The position numbers were made by a program, and so were the translations under genes. 64,000 nt of DNA from Octopus sinensis (taxonomy: Eukaryota): positions 96,410,001 to 96,474,000 of the forward strand of contig NC_043006.1 in assembly GCF_006345805.1 (NCBI RefSeq), in the 5' to 3' direction. Under the pieces are notes generated by a model. That model was not told the origin of the DNA and did not search any database. It was given only the letters and a program-made list of their open reading frames with translations. Of the stretch, positions 1 through 12,394 are shown in pieces. Each line of letters opens with the position of its first letter. Position 1 is the first letter of the stretch.

Positions 1-275
1 CCTACCAAGTCTAACTTGCCAATGACACGAACAACTTGTTTTCTTTGTCTCCTTTCATTGATTCCAATTTCGATATAATTCTCTTTGATTTCTTTCGTTC
101 AACATTTTCAATTGAAATATTCCATGGATTAATCGAGGATTAAGGTATTGAACAACGTTTATGTAATTCTAAAACTAAGTGAGTATGTGGGTACAAAGCC
201 GCATATTGAAGCAAAGCAACACTGAGCAACCGGTTCCTTACACGTGAGACTGCTCTTTCTCGTTTCTCCCTTGTG

Positions 276-311
276 AGTGTGTGTGTGTGTGTGGTGTGTG
301 TGGATATATGT

Positions 312-357
<46 letters not shown>

Positions 358-1343
358 ACATGTGTGTGTGTGTGTGTGTGGTGTATGTGCATGTGCGTGT
401 GTGTGTAAATCTTTACAAATGCAAACAAGTAGTAGTACTGAATAAATAAGTGAAGCTGGTAATGTACAGAGATTATAGGAAGACATATTTAAATACAGAC
501 ACACATACACACATGCACACACACATACAACACAACACACACACACACACATACTTAACCGGTTTCACCTTTGATTTTCAAAAGTGTGTTTTGTGAAGTT
601 CTGTTGCAAATTATCTTTTCTGGCCGTCGTTCGAAAAATTCTTAGGTATTAGAGAGAGAGAGAAGGAGGGAGAGAGGGGGAGAGAGAGAGATGGAGGGAG
701 GGAGAAAGAGATTGAGAGAGACATAGAGAGAGTGTATGTGTGTGTATGTGTATGTGTATGTATGTGTATGTGTGTGTATGTGTATGTGTGTGTATGTGTA
801 TGTGTGTGTATTTGTTACAATTTGTACGTACGGATAAGTGTATTTTTCTATGTAGCTACCACTACACTGCTTTTTTGCCGTTTTATTTCCCTGCTTCTTT
901 CAACACCTGATTAAAAACTTTACCGCACCTTGTTTTCTTCTCCTTCTTTTTCGTTCTTTCTTTCTCCCGCTCATGCTTTCTTTTCTTTTTCCTTTTCGTT
1001 TCTCTTTCTCCCCTGCTCCATAATTTTCTTATTATTTTACCCCACTTTCATTTCCCTTCTCTTGTGCTTTCTGGAAGCCTCAACATCACTTTCTAACCTC
1101 CCCCTCCCCATTATTCTTCTTAACTTCTCTTACTTCCACTCTCTCTTCCCTATCTCTCCCATAATGCACTGCACCTGACTCTCCCTTCACCCGCATCTCA
1201 CATTTTCTTCTATCGTTTGCCATCTCAACTCTTGTTTTTTTTTTGACAAACCATAATTTTGATAAATTTAGACAAGAAAGTCTTGTGCATGTCCAAATTA
1301 CAGTCACGATCTAATGTTGTCTACCTTACAATTAGTGTTTCGT

Positions 1344-1430
<87 letters not shown>

Positions 1431-1433
1431 TTA

Positions 1434-1474
<41 letters not shown>
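276..1474. repeat. Compound microsatellites (TG, TA, CA, GA, TATC)
   Basis: Directly visible; source of the spurious ORFs in the track. Confidence 0.95.
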
Positions 1475-1816
1475 CACTAAAACACAACTGAAAGTCACAG
1501 AGTAAACAAACAAAAAGTGTGATTTTAAAATGTCAACGGAATAGCAAGAAAGAAGAGAGAAGCGGTTTTGCAAATATGAATTCTCGGTGTCTGTTTCGAG
1601 TGCAAGAACATATAGAAATATAAACAAAACAAAGTGAGGGAGGGAGAAGGGAAACTTAAATAGAAGATGATTACATAGAAAGGATGAGAGAAATGGAAAG
1701 GGTCAGTTCATGCAAAAGAATCTTTGCCAGACGTTTCTAGCATGCATTGAAGCCTGATTCCATCTTAAGAGTTTTAAATTGTTATTGGTGAAAACAAAGA
1801 GTCGTTTTAGAAAACA

Positions 1817-2212
1817 CTAGCAGTATCGCCCGGCGTTGCTCGGGTTTGTAAGGGAAATAACTATATAAGCATTTTTAGAGATGTAAAGTATAATAGCCAT
1901 CTCAATATGGCTAAACACAAAGGGGGGTGTTACTGTAGCTTTTTACGATCTGAGATTTAATAATACATTTTTAGAGAGTTACTTCCCTTATATATAACCG
2001 AGCGAAAATGCATTAAAAATGAAAATGAGAAATGATAATGATTTTTTAAATCGTAGACTCATCGTAGACGTACGCTAATACCCAGAAGGGCTCGATATGA
2101 ATCACGACTATTAGATACCCGGTTTTGGTTACATTGCACCGCAAAATGTGGGAGTAGTTTGGAATCTAAATCGTAGGAGACAGACATACAACTTCACTTT
2201 TATATATAAAGA
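1817..2212 (-). mobile_element. Non-autonomous Helitron, copy 1 (396 bp)
   Basis: Minus strand starts A|TCTTTATATATAAAAGTG and ends CCCGAGCAACGCCGGG (hairpin) + CGATACTG + CTAG|T. This gives a 5' TC, a 3' CTAG, a subterminal hairpin, insertion between A and T, and no TSD. Near-identical termini occur at 50743-51143 and 55124-55519. Confidence 0.85.
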
Positions 2213-2487
2213 TATACATTGTTACAATGCACCTGAATGCTATGAGCTTGCTGTCATCATGAGTGGAGAACCATATGTCAAAAGACATATCGTCCTGACA
2301 TGCAAAAAAATATATATATACTCTTAAGCACATGATTGAAACTTATAGAATCGATGCAGCAATGGATTGCCCTTTTCTTTAAGCCAATCGTGAAGATGGA
2401 TGCAACTCTGGAATACCATATGTCCGATTAAAATCGTCAATATATGCCTCTGGGTTGAACTTCTATACCTATTATTCCATGCAATGT

Positions 2488-2710
2488 AAGATGGCGATCT
2501 GGCAGAATCGTTAGCACGCCGGCCGAAATGCATAGCAGTATTTCACCCGTCGCTCTGTTCTGTGTTCAAATTCCGCCGAAGCCGACTTTGCCTTTCATCC
2601 TTTCGGGTTCGATAAATTAAGTATCAGTTGAACCCTGGGGTCGATGTAATCGACCCATCCCCTCCCCACTAAAATTTGCTGCCGTTGTAGCAAAATTTTA
2701 AATCATTATT
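2488..2710 (+). mobile_element. tRNA-derived SINE-B, short-tail form
   Basis: Head tggcagaatcgttagc (A-box-like) and gttcaaattcc (B-box-like); central gcctttcatcctttcggg.tcgataaattaagta block; ends in attatt. Many homologous copies in the window. Confidence 0.8.
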
Positions 2711-2851
2711 TTATGCAATGTTCAAATATGCTTCTGGCAAGTTTGAACTTGTAAGCAAGCCATTCACTGTTTTGTCACGAAGAAAATTTCTCGCTGTAGA
2801 CAAATGATGTAAGTATACCTAAATCAACTCGCAGCGCCTCCTATCTAGACT

Positions 2852-2895
2852 GTGAGATGCAAGCATTTCGGAGTGGTTATCTCCTCTTCAGTTCG
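2852..2895 (-). ncRNA. Hammerhead ribozyme-like core, stem I disrupted
   Basis: Minus strand reads CGAA CTGAAGA GGAG ATAACCA CTCC GAAA TGC TT GCA TC TCAC. Both core boxes, stem II, stem III and the UH site are intact; stem I has only 1 bp. Confidence 0.5.
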
Positions 2896-3187
2896 AAGCT
2901 GCCACAAGCATAACATTGCATTTATACACATCACCGCGTAACGCTTCCACCCCGTAATTTTATTTCATAGCTCAAAACAGTTCAATGAACCACCTGTATC
3001 GAAGTGAAACTCTTTCAGTCAATTTGAAGTACATATGCTAGCTAAGCTGCACTGAGGTTGTACTTACATTAGAAATCGTAAAACTATAATCGGAGGACAG
3101 ATATTTAGATAAATGTATGGGATGAAATCGATGATATAGTTAGAAGAGAGGTTGTTCAGTTTTTGTTTTCTTCCTTGAAGTTGTACA

Positions 3188-3406
3188 ACGATGGGGTACT
3201 GAAAAACTCCTGACTTTGGATAAAAGACAAAATAGGTGGATCAGCTAAATGTGATTTTATTCAACTTATTACCCTCTCAGATTCACACACTTATTGCAGC
3301 GGTCCTTCAGTTTTTCTAAGCCCTGTCAAAGAACTCGGAAGGTTGGGCCTCCAGCCAGGCTTTTCACAATACCTTTAAAGCCAGGAACTTTTCAGCAACC
3401 ACTCGT
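3188..3406. mobile_element. Mariner-type MITE
   Basis: 30 bp terminal inverted repeats matching at 23/30 (acgatggggtactgaaaaactcctgacttt versus revcomp acgagtggttgctgaaaagttcctggcttt), resembling mariner TIRs. No ORF. Confidence 0.55.
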
Positions 3407-3450
3407 AGTAGCACTCAATACATGTATGAGAGAACACAAAATGCAATGAC

Positions 3451-3866
3451 TTACTCTTTACTCTTTTACTCTTTTACTTGTTTCAGTCATTTGACTGCGG
3501 CCATGCTGGAGCACCGCCTTTAATCGAGCAACTCGACCAGGGACTTATTCTTTTGTAAACCCAGTACTTATTCTATCGGTCTCTTTTGCCGAACCGCTAG
3601 GTAACGGGGACATAAACACACCAGCATCGGTTGTCAAGCAATGCTAGGTGGACAAACACAGACGCACAAACACACACACGCATATATATATATACATATA
3701 TACGACGGGCTTCTTTCAGTTTCCGTCTACCAAATCCACTCACAAGGCTTTGGTCGGCCCGAGACTATAGTAGAAGACACTTGCCCAAGGTGCCACGCAG
3801 TGGGACTGGACCTGGAACCATGTGGTTGGTAAACAAGCTACTTACCACACAGCCACTCCTGCGCCT
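3451..3866 (-). mobile_element. tRNA-derived SINE-A, full length
   Basis: Minus strand head aggcgcaggagtggctgtgtggtaag ... ccagtcccactgcgtggcacc; internal (TA)/(TG) microsatellite; 3' tail ending in (gagtaaaa)n. Confidence 0.85.
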
Positions 3867-4280
3867 CTTACGTTCACCCAGAACGCTTCATCACTGTCAC
3901 TTGTAACTGAAAATTGTGCTTCACAACCACGCCAAGAAGATCATTCTTTAATTATGAAAATCCTATTGAAACTGTCAATCTAAATTAATCGTTTTCAGTC
4001 AGATGATGGAAACGAAATATTTTACTTTATGAAAATAATGGAAATTTTATTAAAATAGAAAAAAAAGACAAGGTTGCATGTTCAGCTTCACTGCATAATG
4101 TTGCGAGTTCAGTTCTCAGCATGACATTTGGGACACATGTCTTTTGCTGTAACCTCGAGTCGACCCAAACCTTCTCAGTGAAACTGAATCGAAGGAAACA
4201 GTATAGAAATCTCTTGGATAGAATGTCCCTGCAATTTAAAAGCCCTGCCTATCTGCATTTCAACATGCTGATTCTATGAG

Positions 4281-4491
4281 AGCTGGCGAGCTGGCAGAAC
4301 CGTTAGCACGCCGGGCTAAATGCGTAGCCGTATTTCGTCTGCCGTTACGTTCTGAGTTCAAATTCCGCCGAGGTCGACTTTGCCTTTCATCCTTTCGGGG
4401 TCGATAAATTAAGTACCAGTTACACACTTAATCCGTTTGTCTGTCCTTGTTTGTCCTCTCTTTGTTTAGCCCCTTGTGGGTAGTAACGAAT
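4281..4491 (+). mobile_element. SINE-B, long-tail form
   Basis: SINE-B head and central block followed by ...ttgtcctctctttgtttagccccttgtgggtagtaacgaat. Confidence 0.8.
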
Positions 4492-4780
4492 AGGATTCTA
4501 TATGAATTATGCTGAGGGTGTGCGTGTGTGCGGAATACTCACCGCTTCGCACGTTAATTCAATGATTACGTAGTTCAGTTCATACATATACGCCATGCGT
4601 GTGAAAGAAAAGGTATGTATATATAAATGTTAAACAGAATGTAATTAGTGAGGTAGAAATACTGAGAGAAGAGTAAAATTTATTATTAAATTCGTGTTGA
4701 CAGAGACATTAAATTTCGACTGACAGGTTATTTAACCTGTCCCACTGAACACACCTATTTAGGCGGGCGAAACAGTAAAA

Positions 4781-5106
4781 CCCCTGGACTTATTTTTCAA
4801 GCCTAGTACTAATTCTATCAGTCTCTTTTGCTGAAACGCTAGATTACGGGGACGTAAACACACCAACATCAATTGTCAAGCGGTGATGACGGGGAGTGGG
4901 AAACAAACACAGACACAAAGACGCACACACACACACATATATATATACGACGGGCTTCTTTCAGTTTCCTTCTACCAATTCCACTCACAAGGCTTTATTC
5001 GGCCCGACGCTAAAGTAGAAGACACTTGCCCAAGGTGCAACGCAATGGGACTGAATGCATGGCCATGTGGTTGGTAAGCAAGCTACTTACCACGCAGCCA
5101 CTCCTG
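4781..5106 (-). mobile_element. SINE-A, 3'-incomplete and diverged
   Basis: Colinear homology to 3451-3866. Confidence 0.75.
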
Positions 5107-5689
5107 TACCAAAGTATACACCCACATCAGTCTAAAAGTATATATAATGTATACACACACACGTATACACGCCCCCCCCCACACACACACATCCGGGATT
5201 GATAGAGAGTAAGTGGGAAAAAGGAAATAGCCACCAAAGAAAATGCGGTTTCTAAAAATTTGGTAAGGACGGTTGACTTAGTTCCACGCCAGACACCTGA
5301 CCAAATAATATATTACCGTTTTTCCATTTCTCCGTCCTATGTAAATAAACGACATATTGTCTATAGACCGCAGTAACCATGTAGATACAATATACCACTG
5401 GTTTATGAGCAAAAATATGGAGACAAAAATAAGTTCATATGGAGAGAAATATATATATATATATATTTCTCTACATATCAACTTCTTTTTCTCTCTTTTT
5501 CTCAGTTTTATTTTATTTATTTATTTTTACTGTTCACAAAATATTTTACTGCTTTTTTACTTAAATTTCACAAGTTTATTTATTTTTTGTTGCTTTTTGC
5601 AATTTACAGCCTGTTTAATTAATTTTTAAGGTTTCAACAATATCAACTAATTCATTCACTTTATTCTAACTTCCGGTTATTTGTTTAAC

Positions 5690-5708
5690 AACGCATACAT
5701 ACATACAT

Positions 5709-5768
<60 letters not shown>

Positions 5769-5929
5769 TTATATATATACACACGAACACAAACACACAT
5801 ATACAGAGGCGCAAAAACGCACTCACACTCACTTACACACAGTTATACACACACATACTTAACAGGCATCAACACAGAAAATGTAAGTCGATGTGTCTGC
5901 GTGACTGTGTGCATCTGAATATACGTGGA

Positions 5930-5976
<47 letters not shown>

Positions 5977-5993
5977 GTATCTATCTATGTATG

Positions 5994-6063
<70 letters not shown>

Positions 6064-7299
6064 CACACGGTTCCCAAACGTAACGTTTTGCATTTATAAT
6101 TTACTCTCTTTGTCGGTGTATTTATTTATATCAAATTCGCAAACTTTCTCTCATACTTACGCATAAACACAAACCTAATTGCAAGCGACAAGACACTTCC
6201 CCCTCGTCTCTCAACACCACCTCCTGCACGTCGCAGATAATCTTAGCTATATATCTCCCGGCATGCATCTGCTTTTAATATCACTCTTTAGCTGTCTAAT
6301 TGTCGCCTTCCATATATGGAATCGATGTTTGTCAGATTAGAGTTGGATTTACACAAAATGTCCAAGAGATTCCAACAAGGATTCCACTTATGTTTACCAA
6401 ACTCTCTTCTTTTACTCTGTTCTATGAATGAGTTGGACAATTTCTTCAGACACAAATTTCTTCTTTTTACATTTTTGATGTTGTTGTTATGGCGGTTGCC
6501 GTTGTTGTTGCTGTTGTTGTTGTTGTTGTTGACGTCGCCGTCACCCTCCTCCTCCCCTTCTTCTGCCTCTTTCTCTTCCCTTCCTCCCTTCTTCTTTTCT
6601 TCCTCCTCGCCCCCCTCCTCCTCCTCCTCCACTCTTCCCTTCATGTATTCTTCTTCCTCCCCCCCTTCTCCATCTCCTCCTCTTCCTCCTCAGCCCTCCC
6701 TCTCTCCCTCCTTCATCCTCCTTATTGCCTTCTTCATCTTCTTCTTCTTCTTCTTCTTCCTCCCCCTCCTTCTCCACCTCCTCCTCTTCCTCCTCAGCCC
6801 TCCCTCACTCCTCCTTCATCCTTCTTATTGTCTTCTTCACCTTCTTCATCTTCATCTTCTTCATCTTCTTCTTCTTCTTCTTCTTCTTCTTCTTCTTCTT
6901 CTTCTTCTTCTTCTTCTTCTTCCTCGTCGTCGTCGTCGTCGTCTTCATGTTGTCTTTAGAACGACTTACCGTTTTCCTCTATTCCTCCTGTGATTTCTCT
7001 GTTAACCGTTGTTGTTCTATGGAACCAGTTCTTTCTCTTATTCTCGTATCTTTTCTCTCTTTCGTCCATATTTTTACTTGCTTTCACTTTCCACTTTCTA
7101 TACCTTTCTCCCCGTATTCACTCTGTCACTCTGTCTGCCTGCCTGTCTGTCTGTCCATCTCTCCCCACTCCCGTCTGTCTGCTTCTCTTTCTCTTTCACT
7201 TTGCTGCCTGTCGTTTATTATACCATTTTCGTTGTTGCATTTTCTCACAATGATAGTAATTAATACAGTAGCAGCAGCAGCAGTAGCAGTGGTAGTTGC

Positions 7300-7338
<39 letters not shown>

Positions 7339-7490
7339 GAAGTAGTAGTAGTAGTAGCAGCAGCAGCAGTAGTAGCCGTAGCAACCGTAGTAGTAGTAGT
7401 AGGAGGAGGAGGAGGAGGAGGATTAAAAGTAATAATACTGATGATGATGATGATGATGGTGGTAAATGATGATGATGATGATGATGACTA
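5690..7490. repeat. Microsatellite and low-complexity block (CATA, CA, TATC, TTG, CCT/CTT, TTA, GTA, GAT)
   Basis: Directly visible. Includes a duplicated ~70 bp pyrimidine unit at about 6675-6760 and 6781-6850. Confidence 0.95.
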
Positions 7491-7660
7491 TTGTTGGTTG
7501 TGGTTTCTGTTACTGGCTATAATGGCCCAAGTCATTGGGAACTATGCAAAGAACGAAATACAACATACCAAAGTGTCCCTTAAACCGGGAAAAGCGAAAT
7601 AAAAAGAAAAGAAATGAAAAAGATATAAAATTAAAACAAAATTTGAACAACAACAATAGC

Positions 7661-7694
<34 letters not shown>

Positions 7695-7697
7695 ATC

Positions 7698-8260
7698 AAT
7701 AACGTGTATCTTCATTGGCTCTTATACCGTAAATACTAATATGAAGTAACAGAGAACTGGTATGAGCATGTGCTAAGTAAAGTTATGCAGGAGGATGGAA
7801 AACTAACGATACTCTGGGACTATGATTTTCAGACGGATCGTGTAATCGAACACCGTTGGCCGGATATTGTCATATTGAATAAGGAGGCAAATACTGTCAG
7901 ATGATCGATGTAGCCATACCAAATGACATGAATATTGTGAGTAAAGAGGTTTAAAAAATCCCCAGGTACTCCGAATTGAAAGTGGAAATGGCAAGATTGT
8001 ATAGAATTCGAGAGTGTAATTTAAAAATGATACCAGTGGTGATCGGAACGCTAGGCTCAATCGTATTGAAACTTTAAAACTTCTTAAGACAACTGGAAAT
8101 CCCATGCAAGATTGATGTCTTCCAAAAAGCAGCCTTATTGGGTACAGCACACATCTTAAGGAAAGAATTATCTGTCTGAGGTCCTTGTTGTGACTTGACA
8201 GATGACTAAAGACTCCGGTGCATTTTTACTTACACTGTGTTACGAAGGAATAATAATAAT
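7698..8260 (+). mobile_element. 3' fragment of RLE-type non-LTR retrotransposon (R4/Dong-like), decayed
   Basis: Conceptual translation across stops and frameshifts: LHWLLYRKY..NWYEH..TILWDYDFQTDRVIEHRWPDIVILNK..MIDVAIP..K.PRY..LK..PVVIGTLG..QKAALLGTAHILRK, a PD-(D/E)xK endonuclease. Stop at 8177-8179, short 3' UTR, then (AAT)n. Confidence 0.85.
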
Positions 8261-8417
8261 CCTTTCTATTAAAGGCACAAGGCCTGAAATTTGGGGGACA
8301 GGGCTAGTCGATTATATCGATCTCAGTACTCAACTGGTATTAAATTAATCAACCCGGAAAGGATGACAGGTAAAGTCGACCTCGGTGGAATTAGAATTCA
8401 GGGCGTAGCGACAGGCG
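8261..8417 (-). mobile_element. SINE-B, short-tail form, 5' truncated
   Basis: Revcomp contains ccgaggtcgactt..tcatcctttccggg..aaatttcaggccttgtgcc..aaagg(att)n. Confidence 0.7.
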
Positions 8418-8980
8418 TGCAGCAACTGTAGTTGCAAAATGGGTGAAATTAATAACAAAGTAAAATCCGTTTGAACAATTGGCCGATAGGTGGGAACAAA
8501 AACATCTGCATGACTAATAAATGGCTCGTAGCAAACAAGCTGATGTAGGCCACCAGCACACCCATCAATGACTACGGAGCGCAGAGAGTGAAGGCTTTGT
8601 CTTGGCTGCTCAAGATCAGAACTTATTGACCCGGAACTATCAAGCCAATGTGATGAAAAATGGTGTCGACCCAAAGTGGCGATACTGCAACGATGAGATT
8701 GAAACAGTGGACCACCTAATCTCTTCTGGATGTAAGGTTTTAGCACCTGTAGAGTACAATCAAGACATAGCAGAGTTAGCCAATATTCATATTGGATAAT
8801 GTATCGACATTATAAAATCAAAACTGCTGACACATGGTACGAGCACCACCCTGAGGCTGTAACTGAGGGAGAAAATGCAATGATTCTTTGAGACTTTCCA
8901 GTATATACAGACCGGAATATCAAAGCAAATAAATCAGATATTGTTGTGAAAGACCAAAGCAATAAATACCCTATGACCAT
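8418..8980 (+). mobile_element. RLE-type LINE fragment (zinc knuckle and start of RLE)
   Basis: ESEGFVLAAQDQNLLTRNY..RYCNDEIETVDHLISSGC..WYEHHPE..DFPVYTDRNIKANKSDIV; ends at a (TAA)n array. Confidence 0.8.
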
Positions 8981-9167
8981 AATAATAATAATAATAATAA
9001 TTAATAATATAATAATAATATAATAATGATAATAATAATAATAATAAGAAGAAGAAGAAGAAGAAGAAGAAGAAAGGAGTAGGAGAGAGAAGAAGAAGGA
9101 GAGAAGAGGAAGAGAGAGAAGAAGAAGAAGAAGAAGAAGAAGAAGAAGAAGAAGAAGAAAAAAAAAA

Positions 9168-10415
9168 GAAGACTATGGACGAGTTTGATCAATACTGAAA
9201 ACAGAGCTCAATGCGAAAAACAAGACACTAAGTATCAACACTCTAGCCATCCCAGTTATAAGTTATAGCTACAATATCCTTAACTGGACACTAAATAAAC
9301 TAATCAAAATAGACAGGAAAACAAGAAAAATAATGGCAGGATTTAGGATGCACCACCCAAAATCTGACATAGAAAGGTTATATATATATATATATAAGGT
9401 ATAGAAGGTGGTAGAAGCCTTATACAGCTAAAAAAAACTATTACAAAATAACCACCATAGGACTACAAAAATACCTGCTTCAGAAGCAAGGAAAACTAAT
9501 ACAAATAGCCACAAAACACGAACAAAACAAAAAACTGTTTTCAGTATTTAAGGAAGCTGATAAATACAAACAAGAAGTCATACTACCTAACAAATATGAA
9601 GAAGAAGAAGAAAGAACAAAAGCTGTAAAACAAATGAAATCAAAACTAAAACTAGAACAGCAACGGATCATGATAAAACGAAGGCAAGAAAAGCTCCTTC
9701 ATGGCAAATACCGGGCTAAACTAAACGCAAAAGAAACAGACAAAGCAAAATCCCAGCATTGGCTGAGAAGCTCAGGACTCAGAGCAGAACTGAAGGACTT
9801 TTAATTGCTGCACAAGACCAATACCAAAACACCAGAAATTACCAAAATCATATAAATAAAAAGAAACATACGAAGTAACTGCAGAATATGTGGAGATGGA
9901 CAAGAAACAATAAATCATTTTGCCTCTGGTTACCCAGTCTTGGCTAAGAAGGAATATATTCACAGACATGACAGAGTTGGGACCTACATACACTGGAAGC
10001 TATGCCAACACTGTGGAATAACAACCAAAAACAGATGGTATAGGCACACGCCAGAAAATGTGACAGAAAATGAGAAAGCAACAATACTATTGGATATACC
10101 AAGACACACAGATGGAGAAATTAAGGCCAATAGGCCAGATATAGTTGTCAGAGATCATGAAGAAAAAAAATGCTTTCTAATTGATGTATCAATACCTTCA
10201 GATGACAAGATTTCTCTGAAAGAAATGGAGAAACTTTCAAAATACAAAGACCTGGTTAAAAGAGGTAACTCAATTGTAGAGTCTAAAAGCAGAAACAATT
10301 CCTATCATAGTGGACGCATTAAGTATGATTAAAAAAATATTCAGATAAATACATAACAAAAACACCAGGACTAACAGATATATATAATATAGAGTAAATA
10401 GCACTACTGGGCATG
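9168..10415 (+). mobile_element. RLE-type LINE fragment (RT thumb, zinc knuckle, RLE), decayed
   Basis: LKTELNAKNK..INTLAIPVISYS..KIDRKTRK..HHPKSDIERLY..LIAAQDQ..CRICGDGQETINH; ORF 9940-10332 gives RHDRVGTYIHWKLC..RPDIVV..FLIDVSIP..KLSKYKDL. Confidence 0.85.
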
Positions 10416-10639
10416 TAATTTTTGATGTCTAATATTTCCCTGATGATATTTTGCTCACAACTTATAAATGTAAATGTATTACATATATTTATAATTTATT
10501 GAGTATTGATTGAAACAATTGTAGGAATGATTATCAATATGTTAATAAATTAATTATTAACCATTAACTCTCCGTTTTCTTCTCTTAATTTTTTCTCTTG
10601 TGCTATTTTCTTCTCTTTTATCTACTTTATATCCTTTGA

Positions 10640-11237
10640 AAATTTCTCCCAGGGGTTACCTCTTACAGTGCAACTTCGCCTAACGACACTTAATGTTTGT
10701 CTTCGTCGATTGCTTACTCTGTACGTCCACTGTGTCGTTGTTTGTTCGTTCGAAGCTCTAACTCTCTACAAATTTTATATTTTTAAAATTCTGGATGCTG
10801 CTGTTTTATGAAGGTCTCCTGTCTTGTCGTTGAAAGCTCCAAATAGAGAGTAATTAACAGTCGACAACTGAGGAGGGGTTAGACTACATCTCGTACTTGT
10901 CTCTCATTATGTATTTACGTATTTTTTACTCGTTGGTAATGTCCCGCACTTCTGCTTCTTCCTTCTTTGTTATCTATTTAATTAAAGACATACCAGCGAA
11001 AACCACGAGTTTCCCATTGTTATTATATCCATTTTCTTCTCCGTGAGTACCGCCAACGATTTTTTTTCCTCTGTCTTCCCTTCTCGGGATCTTTCCTTCT
11101 CCTATGTTTCCGACGAAGAGCTCCGCTCGAAACGTTAAACCCTCCTTCTTCCCTTCTTTCCTGAGCGTCCAATAATACTTTATTTGTTCCACGTCCTCGC
11201 GTTGTTGTGTTTTTTTTTTGTGTTTTCTTGTTCGGAT

Positions 11238-11241
<4 letters not shown>
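10640..11241 (+). mobile_element. Probable Penelope-like element terminal remnant
   Basis: Carries a hammerhead-like motif at 11106-11140 and ends directly in (TA)n. The left boundary is approximate and no RT ORF was recognised. Confidence 0.4.
11106..11140 (+). ncRNA. Minimal type I hammerhead ribozyme variant
   Basis: GTTT CCGACGA A GAGC TCC GCTC GAAA CG TT AAAC. Stem I is GUUU/AAAC, stem II is GAGC/GCUC, and stem III is the palindrome ACGU. The core has U4C and an extra A after A9. Confidence 0.55.
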
Positions 11242-11276
<35 letters not shown>

Positions 11277-11405
11277 TATTTTTATAAAAGCTTGAAGCTT
11301 ATGGCGATCACCGTGCAATGACTAAGGAAAATAGTCTAATAAAGGGGCATATAAGCCCTCGACAGAAAAAAGAAGGCTTTCCTATCCGCACCGAAACCAT
11401 ATATA

Positions 11406-12311
11406 GAGAGGGTCCATAAAGTCTCTTTACAATTTAGAAAAATTATTACAAAGGCAGTTCATGAAATATTTTAACCAGATTTGTTTTATTTTAATAATTA
11501 TTTATTGAAGTCTTTATTGATATTAAATTTTTGTTTCACATACTCTGTTGGTGGAAGGGAACTGATTCACTGAACCCCTATAAAATGAGGATAAAGCATT
11601 CCTCAAGCGAGTTGGTTTTAGTGACGAAGCAACTTTCATGTTTCAGACACAATGTGAGAATCTGGGGATCAGAACACCCCCATATGACCAGGGAGCTTCA
11701 ACGGTATAGTCCAAAACTGAATGTGTCGTGTGAAATCATTTGCAATCGAATAATTGGTCCATTTTTCTTCAACGAGGCAACAATTACTGCAGATGTTTAC
11801 CTCGACCTTATGACCGAATATGTGGCACCACAACTGATTGATTTACAACCAACCATCATTTTACAGCAAGATGGTGCACCACCACATTGGGAACAGCATG
11901 TTCGTCAGTTCCTCAATCAAACATTTCCAGACCGATGGATTGGAAAAGATGGGTCAATTCCATGGCCACCGCGTTCGCCAGATATCACTCCTTTGGACTT
12001 CTTTTTATGGGGTCATGTAAAAGATATCATGTATCAGACAAAGATACGGGGCATTGTTGACTTGAAGCAAAGGATTCGTAATGCCATTGCCACCGTTGAT
12101 GAGGCTCTCCTACAGCGAATATGGCAAGAAATCGAGTACCGTCTTGATGTGCTTCGCGCAACTAATGGTGCCCATACTGAGGTCTATCAGATAACAGTTA
12201 AAAAAACTTTAATAAACAATTATTACAATGAAACAAATCTTGTTATGATATCTTGTCAACTGCCTTTGTAATAAAATTTTAAAATTGTGAAGAGATTTTA
12301 TGGACACCCTG
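11406..12311 (+). mobile_element. Tc1/mariner DD41D (rosa-type) transposon, internally deleted
   Basis: ~55 bp imperfect TIRs (..gggtccataaagtctctttacaattt.. and ..aaattgtgaagagattttatggacaccctg) flanked by TA on both sides. In the transposase remnant there are 41 residues between the D of QQDGAPPH and the D of WPPRSPDITPLD. Confidence 0.85.
11531..12271 (+). pseudogene. DD41D transposase catalytic-domain remnant
   Basis: IIGPFFF, QQDGAPPH and WPPRSPDITPLDFFLWGHVK motifs. The first Asp (FSDEATF) is in another frame and the N-terminal HTH is missing. Confidence 0.85.
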
Positions 12312-12321
12312 TATATATATA

Positions 12322-12375
<54 letters not shown>

Positions 12376-12394
12376 CATACATATATATGTTATC

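Noticed and set aside
1-185. Possible host exon ending at a gtgagt donor (~179)
   Set aside because: All plus-strand frames contain stops upstream and no recognisable protein emerges on either strand.
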